Shown: positions 26,158 through 39,930 of the stretch, piece after piece
Position numbering within the stretch: the first letter of the stretch is position 1
Layout of the letters: each line of letters starts with the position of its first letter
Assembly (NCBI RefSeq): GCF_001194135.2
Contig: NC_068986.1
Coordinates: 22,138,956 to 22,202,955 of the forward strand
From: Octopus bimaculoides
Taxonomy: Eukaryota
Direction: 5' to 3'
Length of the DNA: 64,000 bases
Program-made: the position numbers and the translations under genes
Notes under the pieces: model-generated
Seen by the model: the letters and a program-made list of their open reading frames with translations, nothing else
Database searches by the model: none
Told to the model about the DNA's origin: nothing

Positions 26158-26392
26158 CAGTGATTTTCAACTGGGGTTTACATAAGATTTAGTCATTAAA
26201 ATTTATCTGCAATGAATTGGTTATACTTCTACAAAACACAAAATATTTTATCAATGCTTTTTATACAATTCCTAATAATATTTAATTCTAAAAATTTAAG
26301 ATTTTTTTAAAACATTGAATGGCTATGGGAGTCCACCTAAGTGAAATAGGAATGAAAGGGGTCCATAGGTAAAAAATGGTTGAGAACCACTG
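26158..26392. mobile_element. hAT (Charlie-like) MITE, 235 bp
   Basis: TIRs CAGTGATTTTCAAC / GTTGAGAACCACTG; 8-bp TSD ctctaagc / atctaagc (7/8). Confidence 0.85.
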
Positions 26393-27139
26393 ATCTAAGC
26401 CAAAACCCAAGTCAATATTCTCTACCTGGTCAAGTTCCTTCTTTATGATTTAGCTGGAGAGTGGTAACATCCCTACACAAGAAATCTGTCACTCATCAAC
26501 TTTCATAACTTTTCCTAAAGAGTAGAATTTCTCTCTCTTCCTCTCCACCTGTCTCAGGTGGCAACCGAAGAAAACAGAAAAGTTTTAGAAGGGAGGAAAA
26601 AAACTGACCTCAACCCTTTCGATCTCATCTTCTACACAATATGTTTTGCTAAAGCTGCCAGACAGAAAAGTTGCTTGACTTCTCTTGACATTAGTATATT
26701 TTCCCAATTAACATACTGACAATGTCAAAATTAGAGATAAACAATACGCAGAAAAGTATGCAAGAAAAATATTTTTATTTTGTGTAAGACATGAAATAAG
26801 TGAAATCATAAACCAATCACTAACATTTAAGGAGACAGGTGTTGTCGGTCAAGATTAACAAGAATCAGTTCAGTAAAAAACAAAAATAGGTTCAAAAACT
26901 GAGACATTACTTGAAACAAATAAGGGTTAGCGTTAAGAAAGGAAACTTCCAGCACAACTCCTCCTCAAGCTTCAAGAAGTTTTGACCGTCTCGATCCAGC
27001 ATGGAAAGCACAGATGAAAAATGATGATGATCGTGTTTTTATAAGCAGAGCTAGTATAGAAAGATGTCATGATTATGTTGAAAGCAATAAGAAATTCATA
27101 TAAGAAAGTAATAAACAATCTATTACTTAAATTTATTAA

Positions 27140-27362
27140 CCCTTCAGCATTTAGATTACTCTGTCACATAACGCTTATATATTCACATTGTTTTGAATTA
27201 ATCATGCATTATCTCACAGCTTTGAAAATTTTGATGATGTGATTGTTTATCTTTAAAATGTCATAGTAAAGTAAATGTGAGAGTCTGGATCTGAACTGTT
27301 TGAACATACAACGTAAAATATTCGAGCTGGATATGGCCAGTTTAAACACTTAAGTAGAATTA
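27140..27362 (+). mobile_element. piggyBac-like MITE family 1 (~220 bp); other copies at ~35515-35723, 49396-49616 and 50395-50607 (reverse)
   Basis: TTAA-CCCTT(T/C)AGCATT...AATGCTAAAGGG-TTAA termini across the copies and a shared internal sequence. Confidence 0.7.
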
Positions 27363-28832
27363 AATAATCATGAATCACCTGCATGACTGGGCCTATTATG
27401 GCCAGTTACTGCAACAGCAAACCAAACAACTGCAGACTAGTAGTTCACAAGTAACAGAAGCCAGCACATTTTGTAAGAACAATAAGTTGTGATTACATTA
27501 AGTATAATGACAATCCCTTTTTGCATAACTAAAACGAGTTATGTGTACAACCAACTGTACACATTGTACAGTTGGACATAATAGCCAGAATGTTGTTATG
27601 TATAAAGTCCAATATGCTCTCCACTATATTATTGCGCAGTGTCACTATCCTAACATACCATTAAAATCAACCAACTGTATCTAATAAATCATCTGTCTAT
27701 TCATATATCTGACACCTTACTTTAACACAGAAGGTTCCATTTAACTCTTTTGATACCAAACTGCCTTTGATATCAAACCATTGGTTCTAGGATATAAACT
27801 TTCCGCTTTAAATTATCTATATCAAAATCTTTCATCAAAATTTTATGCTAATTTGTTCCAAACACCACGACAAAGCTATTTTATTAAATTCTTCCCTCTT
27901 TTACAAATTATTGGGAGTGGGGGCCAGTTGATTAGATCAACCCCAGTACGCAACTGGTACTTAATTTATCGACCCTGAAAGGATGAAAGGCAAAGTTGAC
28001 CTCAGTGGAATTTGAACTCAGAACACAAAGACAGACGAAATATCGCTGAACATTTCACTGAACATGTGGGGTAGCCACATATCTTCTCTATAGTAAAACA
28101 ACACCTTTGCTTGTCCCAGGCATAAAATCACCTCGTCACCCTGTCAACCCCACCTAGTTGGGAGGCCCCCCCTTCCCTTTTCATGTTCCTTCCTGTTTTG
28201 CGAGTTACTTGTCAACCACACTAGTGCTGGTGACATGAAAAAAAAAGCACCCAGTATACCCTGTAAAATAGCTGGCATTAGGAAGGGCATAGAAACCATG
28301 CCAAAGTGGCTATAGAGCACAATGCAGCCTTGTAGCCCACCAGATCCTGTCAAACCAGCTAACCCATGCCAGCATGAAAAATGGATGTTAAATGACCATG
28401 ATTTAATTACAATTTTGTTTTCATATTATTTTTAAATACCATCTTTGCTATTTTGTTGTGAATATTTTCTGATAGATATATTCTTATATGTATTTTTTAC
28501 AAACATGTCATTATCAAAACATGAAATAAATCCAGGCACGCGCGCGCGCGTTCTGCAGCATGTATTCAGAATCACTTGCTAGCATGCTTTTATTGTGTTA
28601 GGTTTCTATGCAGTAACAAGCAACATCACCCATCTGGCTTTCCCAACCCAGACTCAGCAGAATATCCAGGATGTTACAGCTGAAGGGAGGAAGGGCTGCA
28701 CTAGCACTCAGCTAGTACTCATTTCAACTGAGTAGACTAGACATGAAATGGAGTGCCTTGTTCAACACACTGCCTAATCCAGGAATTAACCCCACAACCT
28801 AGTGTGTGCATGTATATATATATATTTTAGGT

Positions 28833-29225
28833 GCAGGAGTGGCTGTGTGGTAAGAAGCTTGCTTCCCAATCACATGGTTCTGGGTTCAGTCCCGCAGCAT
28901 GGTGCCTTGGGCAAGAGTCTTCTGCTATAGCCTCGGGCCGACCAAAGCCTTGTGAGTGGATTTGGTAGACAGAAACTGAAATGTGTGTGTGTGTGTGTGT
29001 GTGTGTGTATAGTTATATATATTTGTGTGTCTGTGTTTGTCCCCACTCCTTCACTTGACAACTGATGTTGGTGTGTTTATGTCCCCGTAACTTAGCAGTT
29101 CGGTAAAAGAGGCTGACAGAATAAGTAAGTACTAGGCTTACAAAGAATAAGTCCAGGGTTGATTTGTTTCACTAAAGGCGGTGCTCTAGCACGGCCGCAG
29201 TCAAGTGACTGAAACAAATAAAAGA
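28833..29225 (+). mobile_element. tRNA-derived SINE, family A (ggagtggctgtgtggtaag...internal microsatellite...gactgaaacaagtaaaagaata)
   Basis: tRNA-like A/B-box head, internal (CA/TA)n and a conserved tail; many copies in the window. Confidence 0.9.
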
Positions 29226-29482
29226 AAGAAAAGAATAAGAATATAAAACATTGATGATGGTGCCACATAAGAAGCAGTGGTGCTGGTATCACGTAAAAAG
29301 TGCTGATGCTGGTACCACATAAAAAGCACTCAGTACTCCCTGTAATGTGGTTGGCATTGTGAAGGGCATCCAGCTGTAGAAACCAAGCCAAAACAGACTA
29401 TGGAACCAGTTGTGGCTCCTGGCTTTGCCAGCTCTTGTCAAACCCTCCAACTCATGCCAGCATGGAAAATGGACAATGATTA

Positions 29483-29520
<38 letters not shown>

Positions 29521-31894
29521 TATTAGGCTGAGATTGTAGTGCAATATCCATAGCCTTTGCAGATCTTCTTGGAGAACAGGAACAACATAGTCTGATTACT
29601 ATAAGTAACAATCAATGTGCAAATTGCTATAGATTAATATGATGTGTGGCTGGAGGAGAAAATGCAAAGAGGAAGGAGTTACAGAGAATTTTTTTGTATG
29701 CTTCAATCCAAAGATGGTGGCCACGGAAGGGCACTGCCAACAAAATCCAAATTTACAAGAAAAGTAAAAGAAAAAAAAAGATTGGGATAATGTTTTTAGT
29801 AAGGGGTCTAAGAAATAAGAGAATGGAGGAATTACAAGGGGAAAGGTAAGTATATTATTAATTTATTAACTAACATCACCAGCATCTCCAATATGGTAGG
29901 TGTTAGAAACTAAAGTAAAATAAAACAAAATTATGCTTCCATAGCAATTTTTAAAATTTATCAATAATTCCATGCTTTCCCCTCCCTCATTCTTACTTAG
30001 ATTGGGCAACATGTCAGCTTATCAATTCTATCTTTAGTTACTTTCCATATCAGCCAATTCTTTTACTTCTCGTTATTTGATGGGGAAGTAAAATTAAATC
30101 TACTTTAGAAAGCCTCTTAGTAAATGCCAATAATAAAACAAATTGCTCAAGACTTGCACCACTGACTTCATAAGAAACCAGCTCATCTCATGAAATGATT
30201 ATCAGACAGTTGAATCAAGTTGAAAAGGAAAAATGACAGAGGAAGACAGCTTGAGAGATCTTAGATGTTTACAGAAATAACCTTAAAAACATTGCAACTA
30301 AAATCTAATCAGTCTCTTGAGTATTACATTTCTGAGACATTAAATAAAATTACATACTGCACTTTGGAATTTTATAAGTGAACAGTTCTTGAATAGAAGA
30401 AACAGCAGGACTAAGAATAACTGCTTTGAATACAAACAAAACTTTATCTAAAAAAAATACTGCAAGCTTAACATTCCTGCTATTTATAGATGACACAAAT
30501 GATCATTGAAGCGGAAAAACCTAATTAAGTGAAAAACTTCAAATAAAAAATGTCATAAACCAGCAGAAAACAAAAACTTCCCATTTAAAATTTAATTTTA
30601 ATTATCTAAAAATAGATTAATGGAAGGCATATTGCAAAATATATATTATATTACTTTTATATTTTGTTTAGCAAGAATAAATATGAAATACAAGCATGTT
30701 TAATAAATTCCATTGAAAACGCCTAAGAAATATCCATTTCTATTTTTGTTGAATTTTTTTGAGTCAGAATAATTTTGATACAAGTTCTATCACAACTTAT
30801 GTTGACTCAATGTTGCCAAAATCTCGTTTTAACAGGTTTTCCCACAGTAACGAAGTAATTCTTACATGCAACATCATAGTAAAAGTTGACTTTTATTCAT
30901 AACTGTAAGCAAACCAAGTTAAGCGCTTCCTGCTGACTAGTGATAAATATTTATCTATCTCGATAGCCTAAAATGTATTTGTAAATACGCAATAGACATA
31001 ACCTAATACCTCAAAGTTTAATTTTTAACATAAAGACTTAGTTTCCACTATTCTCTATTTTTTTAAACACAGCAATGCATTAAGAAGGGAATTCAGGTTA
31101 ATAAATACTTATTTAACTCAAAAATCAAAAGCAATACAATGTTCTTAGTACCTTAAAATTTTGCTATAATTCAACACTGAAAAAAGTATCTTATAATAAT
31201 TAACTTTTGTTTTGAAGCTAAACTAATTCTCAAATTCACTAAATCTTCAGTTTACATATAATCTAGGAACAATTCCATTCTGTATGTCTATTTGTATATT
31301 TGACATAAGACAAAACCATACCTTTCTTAGTGTCTAAGATCTTTATTATTAACAGCAAAGTTCCCCAAACTTTCTTCTTAATATTTTAAATCCACTGACA
31401 GCGAGCTGACATTAGCACAACAGGCAAAATTTTTAGCAGCATTTCACCTGTCTTTACATTCTGAGTTTGAATTCCACCGAGGCCGACTTTGCCTTCCATC
31501 CATTCAGGGTTGATAAATTAAGTACCAGTTGCGTACTGAGATCGACCTAATCAACTGATCCCCTCCCCTCAAAATTTCAGGCCTTGTGCCTAGAGTAGAA
31601 AAGAATATTTTAAATCCAATAAGGTGGTAAGATGCCAGAATTGTTAGCACACCAGCAAAATGCTTAGTAGCATTTCATCTATCTTTACATTCTGAGTTCA
31701 AATTTCACAGAGGTCAACTTTGCCTTTTGTCCTTTCAGGGTCGATAAAATAAGTACCAGTTGAGCATTAGGGTCAATGTAATCAACTAAACCCCTCGCTC
31801 GAATTTGCTTGCCTTGTGCCAAATGAGATTGAACCCATGTAGTTGAAAAAACAAACTTCTTAACCACATATTCATGCCTGCCATATATGGATGC

Positions 31895-32405
31895 TGAAAT
31901 CTCAAAAGAGAATAAGGGCAGGATGGAAGGCTTTTAATCAATAAAGGATGGGTTCCAGACTAAGCTAGACAATGCCATAAGTGCCAGACTCAATAGCACT
32001 GTTGTACCTGCAATCTTATACACAAGTGAGATGTGGGCTACTATGAAGAGGACAGAACATCAATTGGATACAATGCAAAGGGCCATGGAAAGATCCAAGT
32101 GGGGAACATCATGAAGAGAGTACATTTGAAATGAGATAATTCAAGAACAGAAAAAATGATGTGATCACATAGAACCAAAAGTACAAGTTCTACTGGGCTG
32201 GATACGTTGCAAGGTTCACAGGTAACAGGTGGACCTGTGCAGTTGCTGAGTGGCATCCAAAAGATCGGAAAAGGCCACTTGGAAGGTCTCCATGATGATG
32301 GGAAGACGATTTAGTCAAGCAATTTGGGTCTAGATGGAAAAGAATGACACAATCAAGACAGAATTGAAAGCACATTGTGACCAGCATCTGATGATCTGGT
32401 TGATA
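31895..32405 (+). mobile_element. 5'-truncated RTE-clade LINE (C-terminus of ORF and 3' end)
   Basis: Decayed translation EISKRIRAGWKAF...NSTVVPAILY.SE.WAT...QRAMERS...WAGYVARF...RWT.AVAEWHPKDRKRPLGR; followed by a (TATG)n tail. Confidence 0.85.
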
Positions 32406-32780
32406 CTGTGAGATGTATGTGTATGTATGTATGTATGTATATTACATCTGACCCATGCTTGCAGGGTCAGACAGAATTCATTGAGGCACATTTTCCATGG
32501 CCAAATGCCCTTCCTGTTGCCGACCAAGGTAATATTTCTTCGTAGCTAGACATACTTTTCACATGAGATTGGTAACAAACAATGTCAGTTGCATAACATT
32601 GATGCTTCTTTACAACTATCACATGATGTCAAGACAAGGACAGACATGATGGGCTTCTTTCTGTTTCTCTCTACCAAATCCACCAACAAGGCTTTCTTGG
32701 GTTGGAGCTATAGTAAGAAAACAACTGCCCAAGGTGCCACATAATGGAACTGAAGTTCCTTGACCATGCAGCCTTGCCTG

Positions 32781-32814
<34 letters not shown>

Positions 32815-33535
32815 TCATGTAGTTATATCAAGCAAAAGAAGTGTATATAAATTGAAAAATTTTGAAATACGTTGGGATCACAGGGAAAAGTCAAAATAGA
32901 CCTTATTGCTCCTCCGGGAATGACAAATGAAAGCATAACTATTTTGAAAGCATAACTATTTTGTAACCATAATCATATTGCAATACATTCCAATATGCTT
33001 CAGTTATTTGTAAAAATAATCAAGAATTTGAAGGGACCATTCACTTGATAAAATAATTAACTTTCTCCTAATGAAGCTGGTGTTAACAACTTAACAGTCT
33101 TCCAACATAAAATTATGGAAGATTTGATTCAAATATGAACACTTTAAAATGAAAACGCTAAGTGTCGTAAGAATCAGGGGTGGTCTCCAGAAGGTTTCTA
33201 TCAAAAAGAACTAATTCTTTGCTTTCAGTCATTAAAATCAGACAGTAATAATCACCATCAATCCATGCATGGAAGTTTGACTCTAATGCCTAATTAGTTA
33301 AGATATTGACCAGAAATCAATGAAAGCACATTCAATTAGAAGCTAAAATGTCCTTATCCTAACTTAACAGCCTAGTTCACATACTTCTGAAATTGGTAAC
33401 TAAATTTATACAAGTAATGATAAGAAAGAAACGATAATAAACAAATTGGGCTACCATTAGTCTAATTAGAATATGAATTAGCCACTAAGTAGATGCTTCC
33501 AGTTGACCAAAATTAATCAAAAAGCAATACCCTTG

Positions 33536-33578
<43 letters not shown>

Positions 33579-36500
33579 AACAAACAAAACTATTCCCACC
33601 CCCACCAACTTTATATTTGCTCATGTTCTACAATAATGGCTCTACTAAGTTCAACGTATTAACAATAGTTAATGGCTGTGTAGTAAGGAAGCTTGCTTCC
33701 TGATCATGTGGGCTTGGGTTCAGTTCCACTGCACAGCACCTAGGGCAAATGTTTCTTACTATAGCTCAAGGCTGATCAGAGCTTTGTGAGTGGATTTGGT
33801 AGGCAGAAACTGAAAGAAGCCTGTCATATATATATATATATATATATATATATCATCATCATTTCATGTCCATGTTCAATGCTGGCATGGGTTGGAATAT
33901 ATGTGTGTGTGTGTGTGTGTGTGTGCATGCACCCTTGTCTTGACATGAAGGTTGTAAATGAGCATCACCACCATACAAGCGTTTCCAGTCTTCTGTGAAA
34001 AACATGTCTAGCTACATTACCTTGCTTGAGAATAAGTGAGGGCTGGCAATAGGAAGGACATCCAACTGTAAAAAATCTGCTTCAACAAATTCCATCTGAC
34101 CCATACAAGCATGGAAAAGTGGACATAAAATGATGAATAAATAAGCATAATATTTAGACTACTAGTTCATAGGGCATGACCTCGTTGCTTCTCTGAGCAA
34201 GACACCAGTTTATAACCCCAAGTTCATTCAGCCGATGCAAGTAACAAACAGTTTGGCATTTTTTCCAAAAAAATGTTTCTTTTTTTGTCCCTTAATATCT
34301 GGCCCATTTTATATCCCCAAGTTCACCTTGCTGCTACAAGTAATGAACAACTTGACATTTTATCAAAAAAAAACAAAAAAAAAAGTTTCTCACTTGTGCC
34401 TTAATATCATGGCCCATAGCTAACTACCTATTGGCTCTATAAGCCCTTGTAGCCCGTGGGAATATCATTAACATAAATAGCTAAGGAATTAATAACAATT
34501 CTTTATTTTCCTTCACATGAATGGGAACTTGGTCAACTTAAACAGAGCTTACTTTCATTGATTTCTGGTTAATAACTAACTATGCAAGTATCTACATTCA
34601 ATATGTTGCTCTTCCCATTCTGATATATAGCCAGAAATATTTGCCTCAGTATCGAACAAAAAGTGAATAAATAAAATAGATTTTTCTTTACATATGGGGG
34701 GGGGGGCAGTATTTGCATCTAATTTGCACTAGTAACTGTTCAATTATATTGCTATGTATGTATCTGTGTGAATAAACATTTTTTTTTAAGTAACTGATTT
34801 CATTTTTGTATAACATTCATTTTATTTTCTTATCACTGATTTCGTTTTTGTATAATCCGTAACTTGTCCATCATGCATCCACATATATTGCTAAAGAAGT
34901 GAAGTAAAAAAAAAAAAAAAATAATAATAATAATTTGCTTTTTTTTTTTTTTTGTTATTTTTCTTAGCAATCATTCACAGAACATTTGGACTTCCTAACT
35001 TCAGTAGCTTCTGACATACCAGAGAAGACACTGAAGCAAGTAAGCAATCAATCAAGTGGATGGGCTGGCAGTAACAACACCTAACATTTTAGTGGTTAAA
35101 TATGTTGGATGCAAGGAATGACGGTAATGTGCACAATAACAAGTTACATTATTCTTTCTTTCGTTTTTATTTTTTTAAATCCTGCTGAAAAAAGTCAAAA
35201 ATAAAAAAAAATCAATATTTTCAGCCAATGGTAGATTAATTTCATCCAATTTTTATTTTCATTTTGTTTCTTTTTTTTTCAAGCTATATTGGATGTTTTT
35301 TTTCTTTAATGGAATGGTTCCTAAATTTAAATTTTTTTCATAAATTATTGAAGTATTTTGTAGTTGGATTATCTATCTAGCACTAATCATTTAAAAGCGA
35401 AGTAGCAGTGTCTATTTTTTGGCCAGACAAAATATCAGAGGAGTCTGCCATCAAGAATAGATAATGTAATGTCTATAATAGGGATTTAACTTACAAATTG
35501 TAGGCTAAGTATACTGCATTAAAATTACTGTCAAATGTAATACTTATTTATCCACATTGTGTTTAATTCATCATGTATTCTCATAGCTTTGAGATTTTGA
35601 TGATGTGGCTGTTTATTTTAGAAAGACATTGTAGAATAGGTGTGAGAGGTTGGATCTGACCAGTTTGAACATAAAACAGGTAGAATATTTGGGCCAGATA
35701 TGGCCAGATTAACTGCTAAAGGGTTAATCATTTTCCTTACTACATTTCTAACAAGTAAACTGCATGAATATTTAAATTAATTCTCAAAATAATCAAGACT
35801 TCTTAGTGGATCAGTAAAATATCTGTAATTATTAATGGGTATATTATGCTGGTATTGACCATTTACAATCTAAGGATACCAGATTTTGATCCATCCATCC
35901 ATTTTTGTTGCCCATTATTCTTAGGAGTAGAGTCCTTGGGCACTTCCTCCATAGGGTCCTATCAGAAGCGACTATTATTAAATTGTGGGTTTGATTCCCC
36001 AACTGGGCAGTGCATTGTGTTCCTGAGCAAAATACTTCATTTCACATTGCTCCAGTCAACTCAGCTGTAAGTGGATACACCCCGGGGAATGTTGCCCTGT
36101 TCGCCTAACCAGTGGGGTGGTATCATATGAAAGCTAAAACAATGCAAAGCGCATTGTGATTAGCGATGTATAACATCATCTGATAGTGTGGTTGATCACA
36201 TGACCATGTAAATAATAAATAATACGTGTCTATTTCCTATGCTTGGTATACCTCATGTAAAGAGGTACACCAGACATTATTGCAAAATGGTTGGATGCCA
36301 TGATTAAGGGTACACCAGAAGAAAAAGTTTGAGAATTCTAGCTGCAAGTAAAACATTGGTAAATTAAATCTCATTCAATGATCATGTTTGAAATTTGTTG
36401 ATTCATGCTGCAAAATAGCATGATTAGAAACTGATCTTCTAAACTAAAAAAGAAATTCATTTCAAGTGATATTAATTCATACATCTCTGGGTTGTTAGAA

Positions 36501-36727
36501 ATAAAAATAACTGTAATTTTTCATACTGCTTAGCAACTGACAGCTCTCACTTCAAGGTTTTCACATTCTGGCTTAAACAGATTAAAAAGCAACAACAAAA
36601 ATGACAACCCACCTCTCTCTAATTGTAGTTAAACAAAAGCAGAGAAAAGTCATTACTAGATGTTGCAAAGAATGTGATGCACATGAATCCAAAGATCTTG
36701 TCCTCAATAATGCCACAGCAATAATGA

Positions 36728-36760
<33 letters not shown>

Positions 36761-37924
36761 GGTAGTAAGTGGGCAGAATCATTAGCACATCAGGAGAAAT
36801 GCTTAGCTGTATTTCGCATGTCACTACGTTCTGAGTTCAAATTCTGCTGAGGTAGGCTTTGCCTCTCATCCTTTTGGGGTTGATAAATTAAGTACCAGTG
36901 AAATACAGGGGTTGATATAATCGACTAGTCCCCTCCCAACAAATTTAAGGCCTTGTGCCTCCAATAGAAAGGATTATTATTATTATTTCTAATTTTGGCA
37001 CAAGGCCAGCAATTTTGAGGCTCAGAAAGTAAAGACAGATGAACTGCCATTAAGCATCTTGTCCAGCATGCTAATGATTCAGCCAGCTTGCCACCTTAAT
37101 AATAATAATAATAATAATAATAATATATAATATTGGCACAAACTCACAACACTGTTGGGCATTGTATAGTTGATTGAATTAATATCAGTGTATGAGATTC
37201 ACATATTTTATTGATCTAATATGATGAAAAGACAAGTTGATCTTAATTGAGATATGGCTATTATTTAAATGAAGGCCAAACATTAATTAACAGACATTCA
37301 GAAATACGACTTGAGAAAATTCAAAACCCATCTTCTCTGATAACAACAAGGGTTTCAAACTCAGACTCAAGTTTACAGATATGGTTATGTCAACCTATTT
37401 AATTAATTTCAGTTTTTGATTGGTTGGTTCTTATATTGACCTTCAAGGGGTGAGAACTAACAACATGAAGGGAAATAACTAAATACCACAAGGTATTATA
37501 TCACACAAACAAATGTTTCTGCCAATTCACTGCCTTTAACAATGGTTTCTGAATTGAACTAAAGACCAATATTTTAAGGGACAGAAATTAGTCAATACTC
37601 TTGACTCTTGTACTTAGACTGATACTTTATTGTATTAAGTAAATAAACAAATTGATATGTGAATTTTGCACGTATTTTTCAATATAATTCCATTTCAATC
37701 CCAAATTTCTAATCCTGCTTAATACTATTACAAAATGATTATCTCCCTTGTCATAACTGCAGCCATCAGAGGGACCACATGTATTTTACTGATGTCAGTG
37801 GGATAAAAGGCAAAGTTAACCTCAGTAGGATTTAAATTCAGAATGTAAAAAGCTATAACAAATACTGTTTGGCATTTCGTCTATTGTTCTAACCACCCTA
37901 TAATAATGATGACTACTAAAAGAT

Positions 37925-38510
37925 AATAATAATAATAAATGCCCGGATGCAGTACCAGGCAGTGGCTCTCATGGCTTCTGATCTTAATTGGTTGGAAGTG
38001 TTATCATGTACATTGTTTTGTCTTGGTATAAAAAAATGGGCTACAGCAAATATTCTGCTCAATACCACAGATTTGCTTGTCAGTTGTTTGACCGTAACCA
38101 GTTGAGCATCTCCCTTAGTGGCTGACGATATGTGCATCTCTGATCATGAGCAGAAGTAGTGGGGAGCATCATAGCCATGTGTTGAGAGGTTCTCTGGGGT
38201 TTGAATAATTCACCTTTGGAAACATGGGTGTTTTGCTCAACATCCTTAAACAAACCTTATTCATGGACCTTTTCAGCGGGATGGGCTACTCGACCTGAAG
38301 AAAATTCTAACCGGGCCCCACCTGCGAGGTCATGCACTGTTTATCTTGATATGAGATCACCATGTCACGCACATATGGTTGTGATGTATGTGTCTGGTGT
38401 ACCCTTATCAGACGGGTAGTCATGATGGATATAATGGGCTTCGTATATTTTACCCCAGTGTCACTTTGATGGCATGCACTACTCTCTCACTCAATAATAA
38501 TAATAATAAT
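37925..38510. repeat. ~580-bp GC-richer element bounded on both sides by (AAT)n
   Basis: Sharp composition change with (AAT)n at ~37925 and ~38494-38510. Single copy in the window; class unknown. Confidence 0.55.
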
Positions 38511-39071
38511 AGATCATTAGAAGCAGAAGATTTTCGAATAGCACAAACTGGCTTTAAAAAAATATCTTTTCAAATTAAAAAGAAATCAGAGAACTTTGTT
38601 TTCACCTGAAAACTTTGGCAGAATCGTGCCAATTCCAATGGCAGTCAATATAAGTTGGCACAGTCAACTACATTGATGTTTTAATGAATGAAATAGTGGT
38701 AAGAGGATATTTTATTTGTATTTGTATAACAATGCCTTTAACAGAAATCAATTCAATATGTTAACGTGTTATCTGATTGTAATGTAATCGTTACAGGTAG
38801 GGTGAGGGAATAGTTATTTAATTAGGAGTGAAACTTTAGGTAGAGTGAATTGTATTGATTAGCATCAACCTCAGGGTTATACAAGCTTCAGGTAACACCA
38901 TAATAAAATATTGTTATAGTACTATCAATAATATTCAGTGTGAGTGAAGGCTATTAGAGAAATTGAGACAAGACACAAGACTCTATTGTAACTAGTTTGC
39001 TAAGAGAATGCAGAGTTCAAATAAGGTTGCAACAGATTATAATTCCTGGGACTGATAAAAATAAGTACCTC

Positions 39072-39930
39072 AGGCATGGCTGTGTGGTTACGAAGATTGC
39101 TTTGCAACCATGTGGTTTTGAGTTCAGTACCATTGCACAGCACCTTGTTTCTTATTATAGCTCCAGGCGAAACAATACTTTGTGAGTGAATTTGGTACAC
39201 AGAAGCTGTGCAAGTATACATATATAGACACACATTTTTTTCTCTTCTATTTATTGTATATCCTTTTATCCTTTCAAAATTTCTCTCAGGCATTACCCAT
39301 TACAATTCGTCTTGGCCTAACAGCCCTAAGCATCTGCCTTCGTCGATCATTTCCGTACGTTCACTCTGGTGTCATTTCTTTGTTTGAAGTCCTAACTTTC
39401 CACAAATTTTATATTTAAATTTTTGGATGCTGCTGACTTGTGAAGATTTCCTGTCCTGTCGTTAAAAGCACGAAACAGGTAGTAATAAACAGTCAGCAAC
39501 TGAGTAAGAGTTAGATTTCTTTTGGTATTTTGTCCCATACTTGTCTCTTGTTGTGTGCTTACATATTTTTCGCCTGTTGGTGATGTCCTGTACTTAATGC
39601 GTATTTTTCCATTTATATATATGTGTGTGTGTGTATATATATATATGCACACACACACATACAGATATATACATATGTATTTATATTTATATATACATAT
39701 ACATATATGTCAGTGTGTCTGTGTTTTTCCCACCCTGGTTGATAATCAATGTTGATTTGCTTGTCTCCAAAGCTTAGCATTTTAGCAAAAGAGGCTGATA
39801 GCATAAGTACCAGACTTTAGAAAAATAAGTACTCGGGGCAGGGTGGGGTTTAGTTTATTCAACTAAAACCATCCAAGCTGGTGCTCCAACATGGATGCAG
39901 ACTAATGATTGGAACAAGTGAAAAACAAAA
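39072..39930 (+). mobile_element. SINE family A copy split by a ~380-bp nested insertion (39235-39613)
   Basis: Head at 39072-39230 and tail at 39705-39930, with unrelated sequence in the internal microsatellite. Confidence 0.75.
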
